Below, in pieces: positions 29,502-39,226 of a stretch of DNA of 64,000 nucleotides (the stretch's first letter is position 1; each line of letters starts with the position of its first letter). Position numbers and translations under genes: made by a program. Below the pieces are notes generated by a model. It had not been told where the DNA came from. It saw nothing but the letters and a program-made list of their open reading frames with translations, and made no database searches. The DNA is from Candidatus Altimarinota bacterium (GTDB lineage: Bacteria > Patescibacteriota > Gracilibacteria > CAIRYL01 > GCA-016699755), in the NCBI GenBank assembly GCA_963664295.1, contig OY760935.1, positions 832,001 through 896,000 of the forward strand. The letters are read 5' to 3'.

Positions 29502-30500
29502 TCAATCTAAAAATGGAACAATATCAGAAGCGATGTTTAGCATGTTATTAAGCCATTTATTAAGCTCATCAATATCTCTTTGATCAATTTCCACTTTACG
29601 AAAAAAATTGGTTTTCATTTTTTTCATCATTCTGCCTTTAAAAGCAAAAAGTGCAATATCGTCTTTAAATTGTAGAGTGAATGGCTTTTGCTCTCTTGCC
29701 ATTTGCAAAATGCGCACCTGAACAGAAGGAGAAAGAGTGCCTACTATGTCTAATTCCTTATCTGCCCTTTTGCCGTTATAGAAAAAAGCAAACTTGTCAT
29801 TAAACTCTGCTGACTCCATTTCAATTTCTTTTGAACCAAAAAAGTTTAAAAACTTCCGCCCTAATCCTTCTGGTTCAAGTCTAAAATCTGATTTTAATTT
29901 TTTGTTTAATTTAATGGCAACTATTGTGTTGTAATATGTTTTTTTACTTGATCTGCCTTTTGAATCTTTTGTTTTGGTGACATATGCAAACACGCCAGCA
30001 TAAAAAGACACTTTTTGTGTGCCCGAATCAAAATCTCCCCAAAACTCATCTTGCATATTTTGATCTTGATTTCCTTTGTAAAAAATTTCCGGATATTTTC
30101 TTTTAAACAATCTCCAACGACTAGGTTTTTCTGCTGGGGAATAAGTCCAGTTATTTGCCTTAGCAATCATCAGCTTTACAATATCTCTTTGGACTAAAAA
30201 TATTTTTCGTATATACCAAATCACAAACACAAAAGGCAAAACAACAACACCTGCGGCATTATCTAATTCTGCTAAAATTCGCAAAAAAGGCCCTAAGAAA
30301 AAAACAGAAATCCCCACTAAAAGAAAAACGGGTATAAAACACAAAAAAAGCTTAAAACGAATGCTGTTGGGATGCTTTTTATAAGCATTATATTTTTTAT
30401 TAAGCTCATTTAAATCTCTTTCAAATAAAGCTGGTCTTACATCTTCATCAATTGGATCCCATATTTTGCTTTTTTCTGCTTTTTTTACTGAATTTATCAT
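29502..30500 (-). CDS. Two-TM membrane protein, DUF3137-like; tandem paralog 1
   Basis: Two N-terminal TM segments, IEMESAEFNDKF..LSPSVQ; similar to the next ORF. Confidence 0.8.
   Translation of the reverse strand: MINSVKKAEKSKIWDPIDEDVRPALFERDLNELNKKYNAYKKHPNSIRFKLFLCFIPVFLLVGISVFFLGPFLRILAELDNAAGVVVLPFVFVIWYIRKIFLVQRDIVKLMIAKANNWTYSPAEKPSRWRLFKRKYPEIFYKGNQDQNMQDEFWGDFDSGTQKVSFYAGVFAYVTKTKDSKGRSSKKTYYNTIVAIKLNKKLKSDFRLEPEGLGRKFLNFFGSKEIEMESAEFNDKFAFFYNGKRADKELDIVGTLSPSVQVRILQMAREQKPFTLQFKDDIALFAFKGRMMKKMKTNFFRKVEIDQRDIDELNKWLNNMLNIASDIVPFLD
30353..30478. repeat. 126-bp exact repeat, copy 1 (within paralog 1)
   Basis: Identical to 31344-31469. Confidence 0.92.
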
Positions 30501-30501
30501 C

Positions 30502-31704
30502 TTAATCTAAAAATGGAATAATTTCTGAGGCTATATTTAACATGTCATCAAACCTTTTTTTAATCTTATTAACATCTCGTTGGTCAACTTTCACCTTACG
30601 TAAAAAATTCGTCTTCATATAATCACTTTCTGTAGGCTTAAACGCAAAAAGCACCATGTCTTCTTTAAATTGAATAACAGTTGGCTTTTGTCTTTTAATT
30701 ATTTGTATAATACGAACTTGCACAGATGGCGAAAGAGTCATAAAAATATCCAACTCCTTATCTGCCCTTTTGCCATTATAAAAAATATCAAATCTATCAC
30801 TAAGGAAAGCTGATTCTGTTTCAATTTCCTTTGGTCTTTCTTTGTAAAAATTATATCTTGATTCAAGACGAAAATCTGACCTTAATTTTTTATCAAGCTT
30901 AATGATAAATATTTCTTGATAAACCTTTTCTCGAGTTATTAATGATCGCACCATTGTTAAATCACTTACAAATGTAAAAGTACTCATATAAAAAAACCTT
31001 TTTTGTGTTCCATGCCTAAAAATTCCCCAAAATTCATCTTGTATACTTCGATTTTTAGTGCCTGCATTAAATATTTCTGGAAATTTTTTCTTAAATAATT
31101 TCCAGCGACTAAGCTTTTCTTTGGGTGAATATGTCCAATTGTTTTCCTTGGCTATCATTAATTTTGCAAGGTCTTTCTGTGTTGCAGAAATTCTTTGCTT
31201 ATAGCAAACAGATGGTATAAACGGTATTAATAACAAAAACAACCATCCTCTATCTTGTTTATCAAAAAAATTAAAATCATTATTTATTCCATAAAGAACC
31301 ATAGGAACAAGGGCTATCAAGGGAATAAGTGACAAGAAAAAAATAAAACGAATGCTGTTGGGATGCTTTTTATAAGCATTATATTTTTTATTAAGCTCAT
31401 TTAAATCTCTTTCAAATAAAGCTGGTCTTACATCTTCATCAATTGGATCCCATATTTTGCTTTTTTCTGAAGATATTTTTTGTTCTTTTTTGTATAAATC
31501 GGTTTTTTTTCGCAAAAAATCTTTAATTAAAGGAATAAAAGCAACAGGTAAATTTTCATTCATAAATTCTTCCATTATTGCTACTATTTCTTCTTTTTTT
31601 GCACCTGCAGAAATGGCGTCATTAAAAACTTCTTCAGGTTTTTTGCCTTTTTTTAATTCTTGAAGTGCAATTTCTTTAACTTGTTTTTTTAATTCTGGTT
31701 TCAT
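30502..31704 (-). CDS. Two-TM membrane protein, DUF3137-like; tandem paralog 2 with N-terminal extension
   Basis: Likely start MKPELKK at 31704; shares many motifs with the 29502..30500 product. Confidence 0.8.
   Translation of the reverse strand: MKPELKKQVKEIALQELKKGKKPEEVFNDAISAGAKKEEIVAIMEEFMNENLPVAFIPLIKDFLRKKTDLYKKEQKISSEKSKIWDPIDEDVRPALFERDLNELNKKYNAYKKHPNSIRFIFFLSLIPLIALVPMVLYGINNDFNFFDKQDRGWLFLLLIPFIPSVCYKQRISATQKDLAKLMIAKENNWTYSPKEKLSRWKLFKKKFPEIFNAGTKNRSIQDEFWGIFRHGTQKRFFYMSTFTFVSDLTMVRSLITREKVYQEIFIIKLDKKLRSDFRLESRYNFYKERPKEIETESAFLSDRFDIFYNGKRADKELDIFMTLSPSVQVRIIQIIKRQKPTVIQFKEDMVLFAFKPTESDYMKTNFLRKVKVDQRDVNKIKKRFDDMLNIASEIIPFLD
31344..31469. repeat. 126-bp exact repeat, copy 2 (within paralog 2)
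   Basis: Identical to 30353-30478. Confidence 0.92.
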
Positions 31705-31763
31705 TATCTTTACTTTACAAAAAAAGCCCAGGCCATACAATAAATAAGTATTTTTTAATAAAA

Positions 31764-32444
31764 ATGAATGAATTAATTTTCTTTTCTTTGCTAATTTTCC
31801 TGGCAAGCACGCTTTTAATTGCCTTGAAAGCTGGTAAAATTTATGTTTTTGCGGTTATTGCAATACTTTCTGTTTTATTGAATGTTTTTGTCTTAAAACC
31901 TTTTACAATTTTTGGCTTAACAACATATGGGGGCAATGTAATGTATGGTTGTATTTTTTTTGCTACCGACCTTCTAGCGGAGCATTATTCAAAAAAAGAA
32001 GCTTTGAAAGGTGTAAAAATTGGCTTCTTAAGCCTATTTCTTTATTTTGTTGTTTCCACTGTTTATGTGTATATCGCACCTGATCTTGCTACAGAAGGTG
32101 GTGCTGAGGTTCAAAATGCAATAGAAACTTTGTTCTTGCCTGCTGGCGGAATTGTTGTTGCTTCCATTACTGCTTTTTTAATTAGCAATACCAGCGATAT
32201 TTTTATTTACGACTTTTTGCACAAAAAAACAGGAGAAAAATTCCTTTGGATAAGAAATAATTTGTCTACTATTACATCACAATTTTTAGATACAATTATT
32301 TTCACTTCAATAGCAGTATTTTTTGGATTTTTTGATATTCAGGCATTTTGGGAAATTGTCCTTTTTGCCTATGTGTTTAAGGTCTTGGTGGCTGTATTAG
32401 ACACTCCGTTTTTATATTTATCAAAAATAATTATTAAAAAATGA
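31764..32444 (+). CDS. yhhQ: Queuosine precursor transporter (YhhQ/Vut_1)
   Basis: FATDLLAEHY, ASITAFLIS, LWIRNNLST..SQFLDT, DTPFLY; overlaps tgt start. Confidence 0.9.
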   Translation: MNELIFFSLLIFLASTLLIALKAGKIYVFAVIAILSVLLNVFVLKPFTIFGLTTYGGNVMYGCIFFATDLLAEHYSKKEALKGVKIGFLSLFLYFVVSTVYVYIAPDLATEGGAEVQNAIETLFLPAGGIVVASITAFLISNTSDIFIYDFLHKKTGEKFLWIRNNLSTITSQFLDTIIFTSIAVFFGFFDIQAFWEIVLFAYVFKVLVAVLDTPFLYLSKIIIKK

Positions 32445-33607
32445 GTTTTTTTAAAATCGAAAAACAGGATAAAAAAACCAAAGCACGAGCAGGAGTAATC
32501 AATACTCTGCATGGTGAATTAAAAACTCCCATGATTATGATTGTGGGAACAAAGGCTACAGTAAAAGGAATTACCACTGCCCAGCTTGATGAAATTGGTG
32601 TTCCCGTTGTGTTGGCAAATACCTACCACCTCTATCTTAATCCTGGACAAAAAATCATCAAAAAGGCGGGTGGATTGCATGGTTTTATGAACTGGGATAA
32701 GCCTATTTTTACTGACTCTGGTGGTTTTCAAATTTTTTCTATGGGTCATGGCACAGTGGCAGATGAGATAAAAGGGCGAGGCAATCGCCATAAACAAAAA
32801 ACTCTCTTAAAATTAAGTGAAGAAGGTGCTGTGTTTAAATCATATCTAGACGGCTCAGAGCACTTATTAACCCCTGAAAAATCAATTCAAATTCAACACG
32901 ATCTTGGCGCAGACATGATTGCTGTTCTTGATGAATGCACACCTTTTCATGTGAGTAAAAGATATACGGAAAAATCCATGAAAATGACTCATCGTTGGCT
33001 TCTGCGTTGTATCGACGAGCATAAAAAATTAAAATCAAAACAAGCTTTATATGGGATTATTCAAGGTGGTGTTTATCCTGATTTACGAAAAGCTTCGACT
33101 GAGTTTGTAGCCAAACAAGAGACTGCTGGCATTTGTATTGGTGGTTCTCTTGGAAAAAACAAAACCCAAATGAACGCAACTGTACAAATGACGACCGAAA
33201 TGATTGGCGCTAGCAAGCCTATTCATCTTTTAGGCATTGGTGGCGACTTAGAAGATCTTGTCTGGGGCGTAGAAGCTGGTATTGATACTTTTGATTGCGT
33301 TGCCCCAACTCGCAATGCTCGTCATGGCACTTTATTTTGTTCTGAGGCAAAAAATAAAAAATTACAAATTACAAATAGTCGCTTTCGCACAGATCTTTCA
33401 CCAATTGATAAAAATTGCTCTTGCTATGTTTGCAAAAACTTTAGCAGAGCTTATTTAAGCTATCTTTTGCGTGCCAATGAAATGCTAGGCACTCAACTTT
33501 GCACCTATCATAATATTCATTTTGTGGTTAATTTTATGAAAAAAATTCGCCAGGCAATATTGGAAGATAGGCTATATGAATTTAAAAAAGACTTCTTTTC
33601 CTATTGA
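32441..33607 (+). CDS. tgt: tRNA-guanine transglycosylase
   Basis: LANTYHL, TDSGGFQ, LDEC, GIIQGG, DTFDCVAPTR, CSCYVC zinc site. Confidence 0.96.
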   Translation: MSFFKIEKQDKKTKARAGVINTLHGELKTPMIMIVGTKATVKGITTAQLDEIGVPVVLANTYHLYLNPGQKIIKKAGGLHGFMNWDKPIFTDSGGFQIFSMGHGTVADEIKGRGNRHKQKTLLKLSEEGAVFKSYLDGSEHLLTPEKSIQIQHDLGADMIAVLDECTPFHVSKRYTEKSMKMTHRWLLRCIDEHKKLKSKQALYGIIQGGVYPDLRKASTEFVAKQETAGICIGGSLGKNKTQMNATVQMTTEMIGASKPIHLLGIGGDLEDLVWGVEAGIDTFDCVAPTRNARHGTLFCSEAKNKKLQITNSRFRTDLSPIDKNCSCYVCKNFSRAYLSYLLRANEMLGTQLCTYHNIHFVVNFMKKIRQAILEDRLYEFKKDFFSY

Positions 33608-33631
33608 CAAATATAATTTTATTTGTAAAAT
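33604..33631 (+). promoter_or_regulatory. Putative sigma70 promoter for ORF 33653
   Basis: TTGACA (overlapping tgt stop), 16-nt spacer, TAAAAT. Confidence 0.55.
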
Positions 33632-33652
33632 TATATCCTATAATAAAAATAC

Positions 33653-34069
33653 ATGGACAATCTTGCTCATGCTAGTGATATCAATGGTGCCATTATAGAT
33701 ACCAATCCAATAACAACTAATTGGTTTAATGATTTAAATAAACTAGCAAATGACTTAAAAATTGGATTAAAAAAAATTAATTCAATAGAAAATGAACAAG
33801 TAAGAGAAGCTGTGCAAGAACAAATTGAGCGCTTTTTAAAAATCATTGATAACTACCCTGTGGTAATATTGGCTGACACTGTTAGTGGTCTAAAATATTC
33901 TAATCCTGCTTTATATGCAGAATTAACAAGATTAAAATCTATGATATTTGAAATTATTGGCCAACCAAATGTCGCATTTTTGCATGGAGAATTTATTGGC
34001 CAACTAAGAAGTTTTTTAAATGGCATTGATAAGGCAAAGGAAAAAATACCGTCAGCAATAGTTAATTAG
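33653..34069 (+). CDS. Hypothetical protein (138 aa)
   Basis: ORF with upstream promoter-like motif. Confidence 0.65.
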   Translation: MDNLAHASDINGAIIDTNPITTNWFNDLNKLANDLKIGLKKINSIENEQVREAVQEQIERFLKIIDNYPVVILADTVSGLKYSNPALYAELTRLKSMIFEIIGQPNVAFLHGEFIGQLRSFLNGIDKAKEKIPSAIVN

Positions 34070-34107
34070 TTATTTTAAAAAATAAAAATAAAAACTAAAC
34101 TGAGATT

Positions 34108-35991
34108 ATGAGTATAAAAATTACTGATAATCAAAAAAGAGCAATTTACCACACCCAAGGACCACTAATAATATCTGCAGGTCCAGGCAGTGGAAAAACT
34201 TTTGTTGTGGTTGAAAAAATTCTCTATTTAATAAATGAGAAAAAAACAAATCCTCAAAAAATATTAGCAACAAGCTTTACTAATAAATCAGCAGATGAAA
34301 TAAGGCAAAGGTTAAACATGAAAAACATGCCTTTAGTGAGCACTTTTCATAGTCTCGCTTTTAATATTTTAAAAAAAGAAAAAATAAACTTTAAAATTGC
34401 TAATAATAAAAAAATTCAGGCTATTTTTAAAAATATTCTTAAAAAATTTCCTGAAATAAAAATAAATCAGGCAAAATTAATAATCAACAACTACAAAGCC
34501 GGTGAAAAAACACTAAAGAACCAAGAAAAAAGGCTATATCAACTTTATCAAAATGCCTTAAGCGAAAATGGTTTACTTGATTTTGATGATTTAATTTTAA
34601 ATTGTTTGGATTTATTTCAAAAAAATCCTGAAATTTTAGAAAAATGGCAAAATAATTTTGAATATATTATTTGCGACGAATTTCAAGATGCAAACAAAAC
34701 CCAAGCTAATTTAATAAATTTATTAGCAAAAAAACATAAAAATATTTGTGTTGTTGGTGATGTTAATCAAGCTATTTATAGTTTTCGTGGTACAAGCCCA
34801 AAAAATCTTTTATTTTTTAAAGAAAAATATCCACAAACAGAAATCGTGGATTTAAATGAAAATTTTCGTTCCACAAAAAACATAGTGCAAACTACAAACT
34901 ACCTAATAGGTCATAATCAAGAAAAATTAAGCAAAAAAATAAGCACCAATAACCCAGAAGGAGAGAAAATAGAAGCAATAAAAACGCATACTAGCTGGCA
35001 AGAAGCTGATTTTATTGCTGAGAAAATTGAAGAAATTATTGGTGGCACTTCAAGCGCAACAATCCATACACAGGATATTGGCAGAGAAAAAATAAAGTTT
35101 AATTTTGATGATATTGCGATTATTTTTCGCACCAATTCTTTGGGCAAATTTTTGGAAACTGCTTTATTGAAAAAGAATATTCCCTGCAATCTCGTTGGTG
35201 CGGATAATTTTTTTGAAAAACCTGAAATAAATCAAATAATTGCACTATTGTCTACTTTTGATGAAGAAGATAATCAGGAGGCATGGGAAATAGTGCTTAA
35301 AAATTTTGTTAAAAATTTAGATAAAAAAATATTATTAAATATAATAAATAGCCCACTTCCTTTGATTACATTGGAAAAAACTGCAGAAACAGAGATAAAA
35401 GTTGCTGAATTTTTAAAAAAATATAAAAAAATAGATTTAAATCTTAATTTAAGAGAACAAATAAAAAATATTTATGAAATATTTAATTTAAAAGAAAAAT
35501 ATCTTGATGGCACAGAAAAAAACGCCAAAAAATATAATAATTTAAGACAATTACTTAATATTACGATTTCTTATGAAAATTTAGAAGCAAAAACAGCAAG
35601 ACAAGAGCTAATTAAAAACGCTCAAATCTCTACCAAAGAGGACTTATATGAAATTAAAGAAAAATCAGTCACCCTACTTACTGCTCATTCTGCAAAAGGG
35701 CTTGAATTTCCGATCGTTTTTGTGGTGGGCGCAGAAGAAGATTTATTTCCCTGCTTAAAAAACAATGAAAATAATCTAGAAGAAGAACGAAGAATTTTTT
35801 ATGTTGCAATCAGTCGAGCAAAAGAAAAGCTATATATTACCTACACAGATAAGCGACAATTATTTGGCAAAGATTTTTATCCATTAACTTCAAGATTTTT
35901 AAAAGAATTACCTGCAGAAAATATTGAAAACAAAGAGCTAATAAAGAAAAAACGCAAACACGAAGATCAAGCAAGCTTGTTTAATTTCTAA
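34108..35991 (+). CDS. UvrD/PcrA/Rep superfamily 1 helicase
   Basis: AGPGSGKT, DEFQD, VGDVNQAIYSFRG, NFRS, TAHSAKGLEF, EERRIFYVAISRA. Confidence 0.95.
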   Translation: MSIKITDNQKRAIYHTQGPLIISAGPGSGKTFVVVEKILYLINEKKTNPQKILATSFTNKSADEIRQRLNMKNMPLVSTFHSLAFNILKKEKINFKIANNKKIQAIFKNILKKFPEIKINQAKLIINNYKAGEKTLKNQEKRLYQLYQNALSENGLLDFDDLILNCLDLFQKNPEILEKWQNNFEYIICDEFQDANKTQANLINLLAKKHKNICVVGDVNQAIYSFRGTSPKNLLFFKEKYPQTEIVDLNENFRSTKNIVQTTNYLIGHNQEKLSKKISTNNPEGEKIEAIKTHTSWQEADFIAEKIEEIIGGTSSATIHTQDIGREKIKFNFDDIAIIFRTNSLGKFLETALLKKNIPCNLVGADNFFEKPEINQIIALLSTFDEEDNQEAWEIVLKNFVKNLDKKILLNIINSPLPLITLEKTAETEIKVAEFLKKYKKIDLNLNLREQIKNIYEIFNLKEKYLDGTEKNAKKYNNLRQLLNITISYENLEAKTARQELIKNAQISTKEDLYEIKEKSVTLLTAHSAKGLEFPIVFVVGAEEDLFPCLKNNENNLEEERRIFYVAISRAKEKLYITYTDKRQLFGKDFYPLTSRFLKELPAENIENKELIKKKRKHEDQASLFNF

Positions 35992-36103
35992 GCTAAAAGC
36001 AATTTTTTGCTCAACATATTTTAAAAAAAATACAATAGCAAATACTTGCAAAAATTCATAAATTGTTGTTTTATATATGCCTTTTTCAATTTTTAAAAAA
36101 ATA

Positions 36104-37336
36104 ATGAAATCTTTAAAGCTATCAATTAGTTATTTTGCCCTGCTTGCAATCTGCCTGCTTGCATTAGTAGGAGTAGCAAAAGCTGATGATTCAGTTGATC
36201 TAAGTATCACAAAAACAATCAACAACTCAAATTCTTTCACTGCTCGTCAGGGAGAAATTGTTGAGATTGAGCTTACTTGTGCCAACAATGGCCCAAGCAC
36301 AGCAACAAGTATTACTGTTTCTGATAATTACAGTAATCGCTACAAAATTAAAAATGTGTCTAATCTGCCTGATGAATGTGAAGACACAGGTAAAACTGTT
36401 GAATGTAAGATTGATGAAATCGCAAGCGGAGATGATCTCACTTTAACTTATTCCGCAGAAGTAAGCATCACAGCTTCTTCTGGTAATAGTGAAAATTTCG
36501 CTAATATTTCTTCACCTTTAAATGATATCAATATTGACAACAATAGTGATTCAGCAATTTTGAGAGTTATTCAAAGCAGAGCTGTTAATCTAAGAATTGT
36601 TGACAATGTACAACTAAGCCTAACAAAAATGGCAGTAGGAACAAGTGGACAATGGGAAGAAGGAGACACTGCAGAAACTGCAATAGCTATTAGCTCAGAC
36701 GACACACAAGAAGTAGTATATCAAACACTTGTTTACAACGATGGCAGTCAAACAGCTTATAATGTTGAAATTAGTGATGTTTTTGCAGGTAAAAATGTAG
36801 AAATGACTAAGATTAACGATATTAGTGGTGCAACTTGGGATAGCAAAAAAGATGTTTTTGTTATTGAGCGCATAGAAGCAAAAGAAATAGTCGCAATTGT
36901 TTATAGCGCTACTCTACAACGCACAGGCAAAGGCAAAATGGAAGCTGTTAATGTTGCCACTGTTGAAAATGCAGAATACAAAAAAGGTCTTATGACAGAT
37001 CCTGCAAGAGTAAATATTGAGGGCATTGGCTCTACTGACCCTGCCTTTGTTGTTGGCGAAGCCAAAAAAGATGAAGAACCAAAAAAAGTTGTCACAACAA
37101 AAGCACCAACAACAAAAGTAGAAGTAAAAAATAACGCTGTATTAGTGGAAACAGATGATGTAATTGTAAGAGCAGATGACAATAGAGTAAGCGTTTCAGC
37201 AGAAACAGTTAGAGTAAATACTGCCACTGAAACACCTGATGAATTACCAGAAACAGGAAGTAATATGTTGCTAATTTTAATCGCATCATTGCTTGCAGGT
37301 TTTGGTATTCGCAAATTTGCCACCAGAAAAGCATAA
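36104..37336 (+). CDS. Surface protein with DUF11-like domain and LPETG sorting signal
   Basis: Signal peptide; VDLSITKT...N.GPS.A; C-terminal LPETG + hydrophobic helix + RKFATRKA. Confidence 0.85.
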   Translation: MKSLKLSISYFALLAICLLALVGVAKADDSVDLSITKTINNSNSFTARQGEIVEIELTCANNGPSTATSITVSDNYSNRYKIKNVSNLPDECEDTGKTVECKIDEIASGDDLTLTYSAEVSITASSGNSENFANISSPLNDINIDNNSDSAILRVIQSRAVNLRIVDNVQLSLTKMAVGTSGQWEEGDTAETAIAISSDDTQEVVYQTLVYNDGSQTAYNVEISDVFAGKNVEMTKINDISGATWDSKKDVFVIERIEAKEIVAIVYSATLQRTGKGKMEAVNVATVENAEYKKGLMTDPARVNIEGIGSTDPAFVVGEAKKDEEPKKVVTTKAPTTKVEVKNNAVLVETDDVIVRADDNRVSVSAETVRVNTATETPDELPETGSNMLLILIASLLAGFGIRKFATRKA

Positions 37337-37369
37337 AAATAGCTCGTAAGGATTCATTTTAATAACAAG

Positions 37370-37403
37370 AAAAGCATTAGCCTAATGGGTTGGTGCTTTT
37401 TTT
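37370..37403 (+). terminator. Intrinsic terminator
   Basis: aaaagcattagcc...ggttggtgctttt hairpin plus T-run. Confidence 0.7.
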
Positions 37404-37461
37404 GTGTAATTTTTTTAAATAAAAAAGTGCTAAAATAAGCTCATAAATATTAATTATATAA

Positions 37462-38202
37462 ATGAAAATATCTGTTTTGTGTGAAAATTCTGTTAGCGAT
37501 ATTGGCTTTCTTGGCGAATGGGGTTTGTCGCTATTTATCTCTGTTGGTGGCAAGAATATTCTTTTTGATACTGGCTATTCTGATGTTTTTGTACACAATG
37601 CAAAAGAGATGAAGGTTAATTTGGAAAAAACTGATTTTATTGTGCTTTCGCATTATCACAATGATCACACAAGGGGCTTGAGTTTTTACAAATTTGCAGA
37701 AAAAAAAGATATTATTTTTCATCCTGATTTAATTGGTAAATTGCCCAAAAAAGAAGCTAGAAATATTGAAAATAATTTTAATGTAATTAAATCAAAAGAA
37801 CCTTTGGAGTTTATTGAAAATGTTTTTTATTTAAGTGAAATACCTCGCAAAAACAATTTTGAAAAAGGTGTTTATAAAACCGATCCAATGAAAGAAGATT
37901 CAGCAATTGCAATCAAAACAAAAAAAGGTGCTGTGGTGATTAGTGGTTGTTCTCATGCGGGAATTTGCAATATTTGTGAATATGCTAAAAAAATCACAGG
38001 ACAAAGCCTATATGCTGTGATTGGTGGTTTTCATTTGTCTGAAAACAATGATGGGCTTATGCAAAAAACAATAGCTTATTTTAAACAAGAAAATCCTGAA
38101 CTTCTTTTTCCTATGCATTGCGTGGAGTTTCCTGCTTTGTGTGCTTTTTATTCTGCTTTTAATATTCAAAAACTTTCTGCAGGTGATTTTATTGAGATGT
38201 AA
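37462..38202 (+). CDS. MBL-fold metallo-hydrolase
   Basis: EWGLS, LFDTG, SHYHNDH, GCSHAG, GGFH, PMHC. Confidence 0.92.
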   Translation: MKISVLCENSVSDIGFLGEWGLSLFISVGGKNILFDTGYSDVFVHNAKEMKVNLEKTDFIVLSHYHNDHTRGLSFYKFAEKKDIIFHPDLIGKLPKKEARNIENNFNVIKSKEPLEFIENVFYLSEIPRKNNFEKGVYKTDPMKEDSAIAIKTKKGAVVISGCSHAGICNICEYAKKITGQSLYAVIGGFHLSENNDGLMQKTIAYFKQENPELLFPMHCVEFPALCAFYSAFNIQKLSAGDFIEM

Positions 38203-38214
38203 ATTATGAAAATA

Positions 38215-38889
38215 TTAAAAACATAAAAAATTACAAACAATTAATTTCGCCTTTTCAAAAAAATTGAAAAAAGATTCGCCATTATTAAGTGCAAAATAAA
38301 AAAATAATAAATTAAATACTGTTCCCAAGATATGTAGTGTAATATTTTTAATTTTATTTATTTTTGTTTCCTTTTTTAAGGGAAATAAAAAAACATATTC
38401 TAAAATTTTCATAACAGAATGTATGTCTGTAAACTTTAAAAAACTTAAAAAATTTACATTAGCAATTAATCTGCCAAAAAAAACATATATAAATGCTACC
38501 CAAAAATTAATTTCTAAAACCTGATTGAATAATAAAATAATAAACAAAAGAAAAACTACAAGAGATATTCTTTTAAGCTCTGTTATGTCTTTACTTATTT
38601 TTTCTTGATCTACTTCTGTTTTTTTATCGTAAAAAACAGACAACCTTAAATTTCCTAAATTTAGGATAACCTCTATCACCAAGGGTATTGCAAAAGAAGA
38701 TGTTGTTAATAAAATTGCAACTAAAAAATATGGTGGCAAAGTTATGGCAACATCAGTAATACTTAAAGTTATAACTGAAACAAGGACTGTAATAAATATT
38801 GTATTGCAAATTAAAATTAAACTATTTTTATGTTGCTCATATTCATAATTAATTTTTTCTTTTTTTTCTGTCTGACTTAAATCACTCAT
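38215..38889 (-). CDS. Hypothetical membrane protein
   Basis: Several hydrophobic segments; very AT-rich. Confidence 0.65.
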   Translation of the reverse strand: MSDLSQTEKKEKINYEYEQHKNSLILICNTIFITVLVSVITLSITDVAITLPPYFLVAILLTTSSFAIPLVIEVILNLGNLRLSVFYDKKTEVDQEKISKDITELKRISLVVFLLFIILLFNQVLEINFWVAFIYVFFGRLIANVNFLSFLKFTDIHSVMKILEYVFLFPLKKETKINKIKNITLHILGTVFNLLFFYFALNNGESFFNFFEKAKLIVCNFLCF

Positions 38890-39092
38890 TCAATATGATA
38901 AAATTTATTTAACTAAAAATTTATCTATTTTAATTATAGATCGTATGATTATAAGGCGCAAATTCATTTCGAACTAACTTAAAATTTTTCTGCTTTATAA
39001 AACTAGTTAAAACTCTTCGGGCACAATTAAAAAATATACAATAAGCAACCTGAGCATTGTAAACAACTACACACTCATCACAATAACAAAAA

Positions 39093-39147
39093 TTAAACAA
39101 AAGGATTATAAGCCCACTGTAACAAGGCTTGTCTTTGTTTTTTGCGA
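39093..39147. repeat. 55-bp exact direct repeat, copy 1 (duplicated 3' end of gene 46002..46562)
   Basis: ttaaacaaaaggattataagcccactgtaacaaggcttgtctttgttttttgcga, identical to 46002-46056. Confidence 0.95.
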
Positions 39148-39226
39148 TATAAGTATAAAAATATTTACGCACTTAATGTTGTGCACACTTCTTTTAATTT
39201 TTTAAGAATATTTTTTGGAGGATAAA

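Noticed and set aside
38930-39172. 80-aa minus-strand ORF
   Set aside because: It spans the duplicated gene end in a different frame with non-protein-like composition; likely spurious.
39160-39190. Possible dif/Xer or attC-like site beside the repeat
   Set aside because: Only one arm (ttgtgcacact) loosely resembles a XerC site; there is no XerD arm or paired attC structure.
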